A stretch of 64,000 nucleotides of DNA, taken from the IMG/VR virus record IMGVR_UViG_3300027849_000009; one strand, given 5' to 3'. Shown piece after piece: positions 48,141 through 57,716 of the stretch; positions within the stretch are counted from its first letter, which is position 1, and every line of letters begins with the position of its first letter. The translations under genes and the position numbers were made by a program. The notes beneath the pieces are model-generated. The model was not told the DNA's origin and ran no database searches. It saw only the letters and a list, made by a program, of their open reading frames with translations. The DNA comes from a virus.

Positions 48141-49892
48141 ATGGCATTTATTCCATCAGAGTCTCCCAACATTACAGTAAAAGAGTTTGACTTGTCAGGT
48201 GTTGTACCTGCTGTCACCACTTCTACTGGCGCAATTGTTGGTGACTTTAACTGGGGACCTATAGGCGTACCAACGAAGATTTCGAATGAATCTCAATTGG
48301 TGGGTACTTTCGGATCTCCAACATTAACAAACGAAGGTTCCGCAGTCGATTACTTGACCGCCGGCGCATTCTTAAAATATTCTAGCGATCTCTTTGTTGT
48401 ACGTGACGCAACTGTTGCGGCACTTAACTCATACGATAGTGACGGCGCCGCTGCCGCATCTATTGTTAAAAACGACGATGATTTCCTAACTAAAAAATCA
48501 GGTCTTGCTACTAGTGGACATACGTTCATCGGCAAACACGCTGGTATTCTGGGTAGCGACATTGACATTCAAATTGTTGGTGAAGATTCCGCAGTATTTG
48601 GTGCTTGGACATATGCTCCTAACTTCGATGAGAAACCAGGTACTTCTGCTCATGTCGCGGCACGATCCGCTAGTGCCGCCGCTGCTAATGACGAAATTCA
48701 TATTGCAGTTATTGATCGTACTGGTATATTCTCTGGTGTTCCAGGAACTCTTCTCGAAGCGTTTCCATTCGTATCTTTAGCAACTGACGCAAGAACACCC
48801 GAAGGTGCATCTAACTATGCAGTCGATGTGGTCAATGCTGGTTCTGAGTATGTACGATGTGCTTCACTTCCTGACGAAGTAGGAACTCCTACAACTTCAA
48901 TCGCACATACTACATCTGCTAACGGTTCTCAACTTATCACTGCTGTTGATACAACAGTACTTAAAGGTGGTACAAACAGCGGAACATTCACTACTGCCGA
49001 GTATACTGGTGTAGAGAAAGGATTCAGTCTGTTCGAAGATGTTGATACCATTCAAGTCGATTTCTTAATTGCTCCTGGACTTGCCACTTCTGCTGATCAA
49101 GTAACAGTCGTAAATGCTCTAACAGGTATTGCTGCCGCACGTAAAGATTGTGTTGTTGTATCATCTCCTGCACGTACTGATGTTGTCGGTGTAGCACCTA
49201 GTTCTATAGTAACAAAGTCTATCGTTACTACTAACTTGTTTAACGCATCATCTTACTTGATTGTTGATAACAACTATCTTAAAGTCTATGACAAGTACAA
49301 CGACCAATATGTTTATATCCCTGCGGCATCTTCAACTGCTGGTGTAATGGCAGCGACAGATGATGTTGCGGCACCTTGGTTCTCTCCTGCAGGCAGTCGC
49401 CGTGGTCAATACTACGGTGTAACTAATCTTGCATACTCAGCAACTAAAGCACAGCGTGATACTCTGTACAAAGCAGGCGTTAACCCAATTGTTAATCTGC
49501 CAGGACAAGGTATTCTTCTGTATGGCGATAAGACTAAACTAGGTCGTCCATCTGCATTTGATCGTATCAACGTCCGTCGTCTGTTCTTAGGCGTAGAACG
49601 TGCAATCAAAGCGGCAGCACAGAACGTAATGTTTGAATTCAATGATGAGTTCACTCGTGCTGAGTTCGTAAACATAATCGAACCTTTCTTGAGAGAGATT
49701 AAGGGTCGTAGAGGTATTACTGATTTTAGAGTTGTATGTGATGAAACAAACAACACTGCCGCAGTAATTGACAATAATCAATTTATCGCTTCTGTCTTTA
49801 TCAAACCAGCACGATCTATCAACTACGTATCTTTGAACTTCGTAGCAGTTAGAACCGGTGTTGATTTCGATGAAGTAGTCGGTCTGGTATAA
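48141..49892 (+). CDS. gp18: Tail sheath protein
   Basis: 'SPNITVKEFDLS...FNWGP', 'PWFSPAGSRRG', 'FDRINVRRLF', 'IKPARSINYVSLNFVA'. Confidence 0.97.
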   Translation: MAFIPSESPNITVKEFDLSGVVPAVTTSTGAIVGDFNWGPIGVPTKISNESQLVGTFGSPTLTNEGSAVDYLTAGAFLKYSSDLFVVRDATVAALNSYDSDGAAAASIVKNDDDFLTKKSGLATSGHTFIGKHAGILGSDIDIQIVGEDSAVFGAWTYAPNFDEKPGTSAHVAARSASAAAANDEIHIAVIDRTGIFSGVPGTLLEAFPFVSLATDARTPEGASNYAVDVVNAGSEYVRCASLPDEVGTPTTSIAHTTSANGSQLITAVDTTVLKGGTNSGTFTTAEYTGVEKGFSLFEDVDTIQVDFLIAPGLATSADQVTVVNALTGIAAARKDCVVVSSPARTDVVGVAPSSIVTKSIVTTNLFNASSYLIVDNNYLKVYDKYNDQYVYIPAASSTAGVMAATDDVAAPWFSPAGSRRGQYYGVTNLAYSATKAQRDTLYKAGVNPIVNLPGQGILLYGDKTKLGRPSAFDRINVRRLFLGVERAIKAAAQNVMFEFNDEFTRAEFVNIIEPFLREIKGRRGITDFRVVCDETNNTAAVIDNNQFIASVFIKPARSINYVSLNFVAVRTGVDFDEVVGLV

Positions 49893-49905
49893 GGGAGAAT
49901 AGACA

Positions 49906-50433
49906 ATGGCAATTTTAGGCGTAGATGATTTTAAATCGAAACTCAGAGGTGGCGGTGCTCGTCCCAATCTGTTTAAGACAACCCTTAACTTTCCGGCATA
50001 TGCTGGAGGTGACGTAGAACTTACGTCATTCCTTTGTAAGGCAGCACAGTTACCACAATCAAGCATGGCACCTCTTTTGGTACCATTCCGTGGTCGTGAG
50101 ATGAAGATTGCTGGTGATCGTACATTCGAAGATTGGACAGTAACCATTATTAACGATACTGATTTCGATGTTCGTGATGCTTTCGAGCGTTGGATGAACG
50201 GTATCAATGCACACCAATCCAACACTGGTCTAGTTAATCCTGTTGATTATCAAGCAGACTTAATTGTTGATCAATTGGATCGTAACTCTGACGTATTAAA
50301 GCGTTATCAGTTCAGAGGCGCTTTCCCAACACTTGTAGGACCAATTCAGTTGAGTTATGATACTCGCGACGAAGTTGAAACCTTTGATGTGACGTTCTCA
50401 TATCAGTATTGGGAATCAAATACTACTAGTTAA
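49906..50433 (+). CDS. gp19: Tail tube protein
   Basis: 'GGARPNLF...FRGREMKIAGDRTFEDWTVTIIND'. Confidence 0.97.
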   Translation: MAILGVDDFKSKLRGGGARPNLFKTTLNFPAYAGGDVELTSFLCKAAQLPQSSMAPLLVPFRGREMKIAGDRTFEDWTVTIINDTDFDVRDAFERWMNGINAHQSNTGLVNPVDYQADLIVDQLDRNSDVLKRYQFRGAFPTLVGPIQLSYDTRDEVETFDVTFSYQYWESNTTS

Positions 50434-50442
50434 GACCGTACT

Positions 50443-50482
50443 AAATAATAGGGAGTGCTTCGGTGCTCCCTCATTATTATTT
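50443..50482 (+). terminator. C(UUCG)G hairpin between gp19 and gp20 (terminator or RNA-stability element)
   Basis: GGGAGTGC-TTCG-GTGCTCCC at 50451-50470. Extendable by AAATAATA/TATTATTT. Confidence 0.7.
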
Positions 50483-50495
50483 ACTAGGAAAGAAT

Positions 50496-52121
50496 ATGGC
50501 AGACCAAGACAACAACAACGCATTAAAACTCTTTGGGTTTGAAATCAAAAGAGCAGGCAAAGCAAATTCTAATAAAGAGAAGTTGCCCTCTGTCGTGCCT
50601 CCAACAGACAATGACGGTGCAGGTTATGTAACTGCTACTGCTGGACACTTTGGTCAGTACGTAAACATGGACGGCGACCAGTCTAAAGACAACGCCCAGT
50701 TGATCATGCGTTATCGTGGTGTTTCAATGCATCCCGAAGTTGATATGGCAATTGAAGAAATTGTAAACGAAGGTATTTCATCATCAGAAAACTCATCATC
50801 GGTTGAGATTGCACTAGATGATATTGAAGCACCTGACAAAATTAAAGACCAGGTTCGCGAGGAGTTTGACTCCATCATTGCGATGCTCAAGTTCAACGAA
50901 TTGGGTCACGATATATTCAGATCGTTTTACGTAGACGGTAGACTGTACTATCATTTGCTTGTTAATGAAAGCAACATGAAAGCGGGCATCCAAGAGATAC
51001 GTAACATCGATAGCGCAAAAGTGCGTAAAGTTAAAGAAATCAAGTACAAGAAAGACCCAAAAACTGGTGTTAAACTCGTTGATACTATTGATGAGTACTT
51101 TGTATACGAAGACAAACCAGGCAATCAGAACAGTGGTGTTAAACTAGCAACTGATTCTATTGCATATGTCACATCAGGTTTACTTGACGAATCTAAAAAG
51201 AAGGTAGTATCTTATCTTCACAAAGCATTAAAACCAATCAACCAATTGCGTATGATGGAGGATAGTCTTGTAATCTATCGTCTTGCTCGTGCGCCAGAAC
51301 GTCGAATCTTTTATATCGATGTTGGTAACTTGCCACGTGGTAAGTCAGAACAGTACATGAAAGACATTATGACACAGTATCGTAACAAGTTAGTATATGA
51401 TGCTGATACTGGTCAGATGAAAGATGACCGAAAGCATATGTCTATGCTCGAAGATTTCTGGTTACCTCGTCGTGAAGGCGGTCGTGGTACTGAGATTAGT
51501 ACACTGCCTGGCGGTGAGAATCTTGGACAGATTGACGATGTTATCTACTTTCAGAAGCGTCTGTATCGTTCACTGAATGTACCTGTCAGTCGATTAGAGC
51601 AAGAGGCACAGTTCTCGCTAGGTCGTAGTACTGAGATTTCACGAGACGAAGTTAAGTTCCAAAAGTTCATTGATCGCTTGAGACGTAGATTCTCTGGACT
51701 GTTCATGAACATCCTACGCAAGCAGTTATTGATCAAAGGTATCATTACTGAGCAAGATTGGGAAGAGTGGAAAGATGACATCTATGTAGATTTCATGAAG
51801 GACAACCACTTCACCGAACTTAAAGAGATGGAGATTCTTCGAGAGCGTGTTGGTCTAATGAATGAAGTAACACAGTACGTTGGTGAATACTTCTCTAAAG
51901 ATTGGGTCATGCGTAATGTTCTTCAGTTAAGCGAAGACGATATGAAAGACATGAAGAAGGACATTGCTAAAGAAATCTCTGACGATGAGATTGTAGACAG
52001 GAGTCCTGGTGCTGAAGATGAGAAAGAAGAACCAGCACCTAAAGCACCTGCTCCTACTGCACCAGTTGCCGCACCTAAAGCGCCAGTTAAGAAAGACATA
52101 GATACAGCACAAGAAAAGTAA
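50496..52121 (+). CDS. gp20: Portal vertex protein
   Basis: 'LFGFEIKR', 'MEDSLVIYRLARAPERRIFYIDVGNLP', 'EDFWLPRREGGRGTEISTLPGG'. ATG at 50496 follows AGGA. Confidence 0.97.
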   Translation: MADQDNNNALKLFGFEIKRAGKANSNKEKLPSVVPPTDNDGAGYVTATAGHFGQYVNMDGDQSKDNAQLIMRYRGVSMHPEVDMAIEEIVNEGISSSENSSSVEIALDDIEAPDKIKDQVREEFDSIIAMLKFNELGHDIFRSFYVDGRLYYHLLVNESNMKAGIQEIRNIDSAKVRKVKEIKYKKDPKTGVKLVDTIDEYFVYEDKPGNQNSGVKLATDSIAYVTSGLLDESKKKVVSYLHKALKPINQLRMMEDSLVIYRLARAPERRIFYIDVGNLPRGKSEQYMKDIMTQYRNKLVYDADTGQMKDDRKHMSMLEDFWLPRREGGRGTEISTLPGGENLGQIDDVIYFQKRLYRSLNVPVSRLEQEAQFSLGRSTEISRDEVKFQKFIDRLRRRFSGLFMNILRKQLLIKGIITEQDWEEWKDDIYVDFMKDNHFTELKEMEILRERVGLMNEVTQYVGEYFSKDWVMRNVLQLSEDDMKDMKKDIAKEISDDEIVDRSPGAEDEKEEPAPKAPAPTAPVAAPKAPVKKDIDTAQEK

Positions 52122-52140
52122 ACGATAAACTTTGGAGAAT

Positions 52141-52434
52141 ATGATGTCAGAAGAAAACGTGATTATTGATGAATTAGAAGCAGAACCTATTGAGACTGGT
52201 TCTGAACCTATCGCTGATTTAATTGATGCGATAAAAGCGCAAGACTTTAATGCGGCAGAATCTCAGTTCAACGATTTAGTTGGCGAGAGACTATCAGATA
52301 CACTTGATCAGGCGAAGATTGCTATTGCGGATCAAATCTTTAATGCACAAGCAGAGACTTGGGCAGATGCTGGCGACGATGCTGAGGATGACATTGAAGA
52401 AGAAGATGAAGACCTCGATGATTCAGAAGTATAA
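52141..52434 (+). CDS. Acidic prohead core protein (gp67-like)
   Basis: Small, very acidic ORF directly after the portal gene, with GGAG RBS. Confidence 0.65.
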   Translation: MMSEENVIIDELEAEPIETGSEPIADLIDAIKAQDFNAAESQFNDLVGERLSDTLDQAKIAIADQIFNAQAETWADAGDDAEDDIEEEDEDLDDSEV

Positions 52435-52453
52435 ATACTAATAAGTATAAATA
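52430..52453 (+). promoter_or_regulatory. Tandem T4-type late promoters (TATAAATA x2)
   Basis: Exact motifs at 52430-52437 and 52446-52453. Confidence 0.75.
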
Positions 52454-52454
52454 A

Positions 52455-53093
52455 ATGCTAGTAGATAAAAAACGTGAAGCGGTCATTGAGAAGGCGTCAG
52501 AAGACCACCTCTATTACGTAATGAAGCATAAGGAACTGTTCGCGGTTCCTATGCATCTTAGCACAGTGCAGTACATGAATGCTAAGAATATGCGGAACCA
52601 ACTCAAGTTTAATGAGTTACTATATAAGAGGTTACTAGCATTTGATAGAGGCGGGATATACTTAGATATTGGAGTAGGACCTGCGTTTCTTGAGTATGCT
52701 AATAATGAATTAGGTAAGAAGTTACATCTATCTACAGTAGAGTGGGAAGAGCAAGTTGACCACTTTAAGTGTGTACGTGATTCGTGGAAAGTTACTGTCG
52801 ATTACGAATGCAATGATATATTGAAAGATGATTTTAAAATACATAATTGTGAGACGTACTATGATTATGTATTACTTCAGAGATTCTTTCCTGTCTATAA
52901 GACCACAGGAACACAAAGAATTGATGATGTACTGACTAAGTTTGTACCGTATGCAAAGACTGCGATTATCATTGAGTCTGATACGAATTGGACAAAAGTG
53001 CAGTGGAAATATCTACTGTCGATAAGTAAAGAACGTATTAAAGTCTATGGTGATTTTAATATGTTTATCATAGATTTGGAACAGTATAAATGA
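52455..53093 (+). CDS. Class I SAM-dependent methyltransferase-like protein
   Basis: Motif I 'YLDIGVGPAFLE', acidic 'TVE' after strand 2, 'YDYVLL'. Confidence 0.65.
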   Translation: MLVDKKREAVIEKASEDHLYYVMKHKELFAVPMHLSTVQYMNAKNMRNQLKFNELLYKRLLAFDRGGIYLDIGVGPAFLEYANNELGKKLHLSTVEWEEQVDHFKCVRDSWKVTVDYECNDILKDDFKIHNCETYYDYVLLQRFFPVYKTTGTQRIDDVLTKFVPYAKTAIIIESDTNWTKVQWKYLLSISKERIKVYGDFNMFIIDLEQYK

Positions 53094-53296
53094 TATCATT
53101 CAAAGAAATTAGAGAAGCGAAGACTAAGATGCCTCCGGGTGATCATGTCTTCGATACTAAAGTTGGCAAAGTGAAGGTAATGATTCACAAAGATGCCAAA
53201 GGATTTACTGTCTTTATTGATGGTGAAAAACTCGACACCTATCGTTCGCAGAAAGAAGCGGAAAAGATGGGCGTAGCATTTGCCAAGGAAATGTAA
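53090..53296 (+). CDS. Small prohead-cluster protein
   Basis: 'MISFKEIRE' N-terminus. Coupled to gp21 by TAATG. Confidence 0.65.
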   Translation: MISFKEIREAKTKMPPGDHVFDTKVGKVKVMIHKDAKGFTVFIDGEKLDTYRSQKEAEKMGVAFAKEM

Positions 53297-53955
53297 TGAA
53301 ACTGATCACTGAATACACAGAGAATGATGTACAATGCATTGTCGAAAAGAATGCACAAGGTGAGAAGAAGTTTGTCATTGAAGGCATCTTTATGTCGGCA
53401 GAGCAAAAGAATAGAAATGGTCGTATTTACCCTAAGCAGATTATGGAACGTGCTGTAGATAAATACGTCAAAGAACAAGTAAGTCAGAAGCGAGCGGTTG
53501 GTGAGTTGAATCACCCCGAAGGTCCGACTGTAAATCTTGATAAAGTTTCACATCTCATTACTGACCTCCAGTGGGAAGGTAATGATGTTGTTGGAAAGGC
53601 ACAAATATTGGATACTCCGATGGGTAGGATTGTAAAAGGTCTTCTCGAAGGTGGCGTTCAACTAGGTGTGTCAACTCGTGGTATGGGTAGTCTTGAGAAT
53701 AGAAATGGCGTTATGTACGTTAAAGATGACTTTATGTTAAATACTGTTGACATCGTACAAGATCCATCGGCACCATCAGCATTTGTTAATGGTATCATGG
53801 AAGGCGTTGACTGGGTATGGAACAATGGTATCCTCTCTTCTCAGGTAATTGAAAATATGGAGACAGAAATAAGAACTGCTCCGAAAAAGCATCTCTATGA
53901 GACGCAGGTTCGGGAGTACAAGAATTTCCTCTCATTACTCAAGTCAAACTATTAA
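53296..53955 (+). CDS. gp21: Prohead protease
   Basis: 'MKLITE...IEGIFM...NRNGRIYP...GELNHP...GVSTRGMGSL...DIVQDPSAP'. Confidence 0.97.
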   Translation: MKLITEYTENDVQCIVEKNAQGEKKFVIEGIFMSAEQKNRNGRIYPKQIMERAVDKYVKEQVSQKRAVGELNHPEGPTVNLDKVSHLITDLQWEGNDVVGKAQILDTPMGRIVKGLLEGGVQLGVSTRGMGSLENRNGVMYVKDDFMLNTVDIVQDPSAPSAFVNGIMEGVDWVWNNGILSSQVIENMETEIRTAPKKHLYETQVREYKNFLSLLKSNY

Positions 53956-53965
53956 GGAGTCAAAC

Positions 53966-55018
53966 ATGTCGGAAGATATGAATGTTGAACTTCCTATTGA
54001 TGAGAATACATCAGTCGAGGAAGGAAGTGTACAACAAATGCCAGTAGGCACCGAAGCAGACGCAGTTGCGTCCGTAGATAAAGCAGAAGATGGAGTTAAG
54101 TCTAAAGCGCCAGCACGTAAGGGCGACAATACTAAACAAGATCCTGCACCAAAGACCAAAGCAGGTCTGCTCAATGCAATGTATGGTAAGTTATCTTCTT
54201 TGAAGAAAGCGGATCTAAACGCTGTATATACCAAGTTCTCAGAAGATTTTGATTTTGAAGATATGGAAGTTTCAGATGCAGTTGCACTGCCTGAATTCTC
54301 TGTAACAGATGAGTTGAATGACCTTGTAGAATCTGAGCAAACTTTATCAGATGAGTTTAAAGCGAAAACTGCTGTAATCTTTGACACTGCTATTCGTTCA
54401 AAACTTTCAGAAGAAGTTGAAAGAATTGAAGATGAATACCAATCACGACTTGACGAAGAACTAGAGGCAACTCGAAGTGACCTTGTTGAGAAAGTAGATT
54501 CATATCTTAACTACGTAGTTGAGAACTGGATGAAAGAGAATCAGATTGCTGTTGAATCTGGTCTGCGTACTGAAATCGCTGAGAACTTTATGGGCAGTCT
54601 GAAAGACTTGTTTGTAGAATCTTACATCGAAGTACCTGAATCCAAAGTGAATCTTGTAGACGAACTAGCGGAGCAAGTTTCTGAGTTAGAAGAGAAACTT
54701 AATGCACAAACTGGTTCTGCCATAGAAATGTCTGAGAAGTTAGAAACTCTACAGCGTGACGCGATTATTCGTGAATCTGCTGGCGATCTTGCTGACACTC
54801 AGGTTGAGAAGTTAAAAGGTCTAGTTGAATCACTCGACTTCGAAGATGCTGAATCTTTCGCACAGAAAGTAAAGACTGTTAAAGAGTCCTACTTTAAGAA
54901 AGACGTAGTAACTGTAGAAGAAGAAATCAACGAAGATTGGTCTGCTGAAGCATCTGCACCTGCACAAGGTTCAGTTATGGATCAGTACCTTACACAAATC
55001 AAAAAATCAAACAAGTAA
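53966..55018 (+). CDS. gp22: Prohead scaffolding/core protein
   Basis: 'LSDEFKAKTAVIF...VDSYLNYVVENWMKEN..AVESGLRTEIAE'. AAGGAG RBS before ATG at 53966. Confidence 0.95.
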   Translation: MSEDMNVELPIDENTSVEEGSVQQMPVGTEADAVASVDKAEDGVKSKAPARKGDNTKQDPAPKTKAGLLNAMYGKLSSLKKADLNAVYTKFSEDFDFEDMEVSDAVALPEFSVTDELNDLVESEQTLSDEFKAKTAVIFDTAIRSKLSEEVERIEDEYQSRLDEELEATRSDLVEKVDSYLNYVVENWMKENQIAVESGLRTEIAENFMGSLKDLFVESYIEVPESKVNLVDELAEQVSELEEKLNAQTGSAIEMSEKLETLQRDAIIRESAGDLADTQVEKLKGLVESLDFEDAESFAQKVKTVKESYFKKDVVTVEEEINEDWSAEASAPAQGSVMDQYLTQIKKSNK

Positions 55019-55037
55019 ATACTAGGAGTATTAACAA

Positions 55038-56381
55038 ATGCAACAATCATACGATAAATTAATCGAAAAGTGGAGTCCAGTATTGGACGAAAGTTCTGCC
55101 GGTGTTATCACTGACAACCACAAAAAAGCAGTAACCGCCGCTATCCTTGAGAACCAAGAGAAAGCATTCCTCGAAGAAAGCAACATGCTTAACGAAACAC
55201 CAACAAACACCAACGCTACTGTAACAGGTACTGCTAACTGGAATCCAGTATTGATTGCACTCGTTCGTCGTGCAATGCCTAACTTGATGGCATACGATCT
55301 TGCTGGTGTTCAACCTATGACTGGTCCTACTGGTTTGATCTTCGCTATGAAGAGCAACTACAAGACTACTCGTGCCGGTGCTACTTCTGGTGACGAAGCA
55401 TTGTACAACGAAGCAGTAACTGGTTTCTCTGGTGATTCTTCTGCTACTACTGATGGTCGTGGTTCTTCTGGTCTAGTTGGCGCAACTGATACTGACGTTG
55501 ACTCAAGCATTGCTGATTCTGGTTCTGTCTATGTACCAAAAGTTGGCGGCGCTATGCCTACTGCTGATGCTGAAGCACTTGGTGGTGCTACCGGTTCTGC
55601 ATTCGCTGAAATGGGTTTCTCAATCGAGAAAGCAACTGTAACCGCTAAGTCTCGTGCATTGAAAGCAGAATACTCGCTTGAACTTGCTCAGGATCTTAAA
55701 GCAATCCACGGTTTGGATGCTGAAACTGAACTTGCAAACATCTTGTCTACTGAGATTCTTGCTGAGATCAACCGCGAAATCGTTCGTACTATCAACAGTC
55801 AAGCGAAGATCGGTTGTCTTACTTCTAACGTCCAGACTCAAGGTATCTTTGACTTGTCAACTGATGCAGACGGTCGTTGGAGCGTAGAGAAGTTCAAAGG
55901 TTTGTTAGTTCAAATCGAACGCGAAAGCAACCAAATCGCCAAAGACACTCGTCGCGGTAAAGGTAACGTAGTAATCTGTTCTTCAGATGTTGCTACTGCC
56001 CTTGTTGCTGCCGGTATGCTTGATTATTCACCTGCTATCTCTGCTAACTTGAACGTAGATGATACTGGTAATACCTTTGCTGGTGTTCTTAACGGTCGCA
56101 CTAAAGTGTTCATCGATCCCTACGCCACTGGTGACTATGTTACTGTTGGTTATAAAGGCACTAACCCATATGACGCTGGTATCTTCTACTGCCCATATGT
56201 TCCTTTACAAATGGTTCGCGCAGTTGGCGAGAATGATTTCCAACCACGTATCGGGTTCAAGACTCGTTATGGTATGGTATCTAACCCATATGCTGGAACT
56301 GCTGGTGCTCAAGACGGACTTGCTGCCGCTCGTACCAACCAATACTACCGTATCTTCCGCGTAGACAACATCCTCGCATAA
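55038..56381 (+). CDS. gp23: Major capsid protein
   Basis: 'KWSPVL', 'LVRRAMPNLMAYDLAGVQPMTGPTGLIFAM', 'SRALKAEYSLELAQDLKAIHGLDAE', 'FQPRIGFKTRYG'. Confidence 0.98.
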   Translation: MQQSYDKLIEKWSPVLDESSAGVITDNHKKAVTAAILENQEKAFLEESNMLNETPTNTNATVTGTANWNPVLIALVRRAMPNLMAYDLAGVQPMTGPTGLIFAMKSNYKTTRAGATSGDEALYNEAVTGFSGDSSATTDGRGSSGLVGATDTDVDSSIADSGSVYVPKVGGAMPTADAEALGGATGSAFAEMGFSIEKATVTAKSRALKAEYSLELAQDLKAIHGLDAETELANILSTEILAEINREIVRTINSQAKIGCLTSNVQTQGIFDLSTDADGRWSVEKFKGLLVQIERESNQIAKDTRRGKGNVVICSSDVATALVAAGMLDYSPAISANLNVDDTGNTFAGVLNGRTKVFIDPYATGDYVTVGYKGTNPYDAGIFYCPYVPLQMVRAVGENDFQPRIGFKTRYGMVSNPYAGTAGAQDGLAAARTNQYYRIFRVDNILA

Positions 56382-56428
56382 GACTGTAGTAGAAAAGATA
56401 ATAATAAGAAACTTGTTTTAATCTTTAT

Positions 56429-56455
56429 ACCCCTCCTCACGGAGGGGTTTTTTTT
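56429..56455 (+). terminator. Rho-independent terminator after gp23
   Basis: ACCCCTCC-TCAC-GGAGGGGT stem-loop followed by a T-run. Confidence 0.9.
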
Positions 56456-56495
56456 GTCTGCTAAATAGTTCTATAATTAAACTCTGAGAAACGTG

Positions 56496-56681
56496 ATGCC
56501 TACATACAATTATGAATGTAAGAAGTGTGAAAACAAATTAGAAGTGATGCAAAAAATGTCAGACGATCCATTGACTACTTGTCCTAAATGTAAAGAAGAA
56601 GAACTAAAGAAAGTCTTTGTTGCTGGTGGTGGTGGGTTTCATCTTAAAGGAAAAGGATGGTTTAAGACTGGTGGATACTAA
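56496..56681 (+). CDS. FmdB-family zinc-ribbon protein
   Basis: 'MPTYNYECKKC...MSDDPLTTCPKC...FHLKGKGWFKT'. Confidence 0.85.
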   Translation: MPTYNYECKKCENKLEVMQKMSDDPLTTCPKCKEEELKKVFVAGGGGFHLKGKGWFKTGGY

Positions 56682-56692
56682 GTTAAAACTTG

Positions 56693-56700
56693 TATAAATA
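56693..56700 (+). promoter_or_regulatory. T4-type late promoter TATAAATA
   Basis: Exact motif upstream of gp3. Confidence 0.8.
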
Positions 56701-56725
56701 TCTGTATAAACTGGAGTAAGAAACA

Positions 56726-57229
56726 ATGACTGACTTTACATGCGATACTAACTATCTCGCACCAACTGGATTTAAGATCACGATATCTCGTGAGAACTTT
56801 CCTAATTTACAATTCTTCGCACAGCAAGTAATGCATCCCTCTATGGAGATGAATGCTGTTGATGTTGGTTACAGAAGAGCGTCTGTTGCATTGACAGGTG
56901 ATACAGTCGGGTTCGGCACATTGTCTATGGATATTCTAATGGACGAGAACATGAATACTTACGAAGAACTGTTTCAGTGGATGGAAAGAATGGTTGAAAC
57001 ACCACACAGACCTAATACTGGTAGACTTCTAGGTGGTATAAGTGATGTCGCACACTACTGTGATATTAGAGTGGCAGTGCTGACTAGTGGCAATAATGTT
57101 GCAAGAGAACTGAAGTATGTCAACTCATTTCCTATATCATTAGGTGATATTACTTTTGCTTCGACCAACGATGGACAGTTTATTACGTTCCCAGTATCGT
57201 TTAAGTTTGACTATTTTGATTTTGTGTGA
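56726..57229 (+). CDS. gp3: Tail completion / tube terminator protein
   Basis: 'NYLAPTGFKITI...PNLQFF...DENMNTYEELFQWM...FPISLG'. Confidence 0.88.
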   Translation: MTDFTCDTNYLAPTGFKITISRENFPNLQFFAQQVMHPSMEMNAVDVGYRRASVALTGDTVGFGTLSMDILMDENMNTYEELFQWMERMVETPHRPNTGRLLGGISDVAHYCDIRVAVLTSGNNVARELKYVNSFPISLGDITFASTNDGQFITFPVSFKFDYFDFV

Positions 57230-57235
57230 TATAAT
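57207..57235 (+). promoter_or_regulatory. sigma70-type promoter upstream of uvsY
   Basis: TTGACT-17 nt-TATAAT with extended -10 (TGa). Confidence 0.75.
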
Positions 57236-57272
57236 AGTGTAGTTAATAACTACATTTTTAAGGTGAAATATT

Positions 57273-57716
57273 ATGGATTTACAAACTGTTCTACAAGAAT
57301 GGAAGAAAGACTGTGAAATTGAGTTTAACCAATTAGACGTTAGTTCCCAGGAGACACCCCGTCTTCATGCTAAGTATCTAACATTACTCTCTGACTCGCG
57401 CCTGAAGTTAAAGGACGTGGAGTTCAAGCAGAAATTACTACTTAAAGATAAGTGGTTATATTACCAAGGTAAGATGTCTCGTGAAGATATTGAACGGAAA
57501 GGATGGAATCCTGATCCTTTTGATGGTCTGAAGATTCTTAAAGGTGAGATGGATTACTACTACAACTCTGACCCCGAGATCATGAAGAGCGAGGCAAGGA
57601 TCACATATATAAAAGAACTAATCGATGTGTTGAAAGAAATCGTCGAGAACATTAAGTGGCGACACCAGACAATCGGAAATATGATACGATGGAAGCAATT
57701 TGAAGCAGGATTCTAA
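57273..57716 (+). CDS. uvsY: Recombination mediator UvsY
   Basis: 'WKKDCEI...PRLHAKYL...KWLYYQGK...IGNMIRWKQFEAG'. Confidence 0.92.
   Translation: MDLQTVLQEWKKDCEIEFNQLDVSSQETPRLHAKYLTLLSDSRLKLKDVEFKQKLLLKDKWLYYQGKMSREDIERKGWNPDPFDGLKILKGEMDYYYNSDPEIMKSEARITYIKELIDVLKEIVENIKWRHQTIGNMIRWKQFEAGF

Noticed and set aside
49587-50225. 212-aa minus-strand ORF
   Set aside because: Antisense shadow of the highly conserved gp18/gp19 genes, with no independent motif.
50463-50495. Upstream GTG start for the portal gene
   Set aside because: Lies inside the UUCG hairpin. The ATG at 50496 has an RBS and a typical N-terminus.
53897-53965. Upstream start for gp22
   Set aside because: Overlaps gp21. AAGGAG precedes the ATG at 53966.
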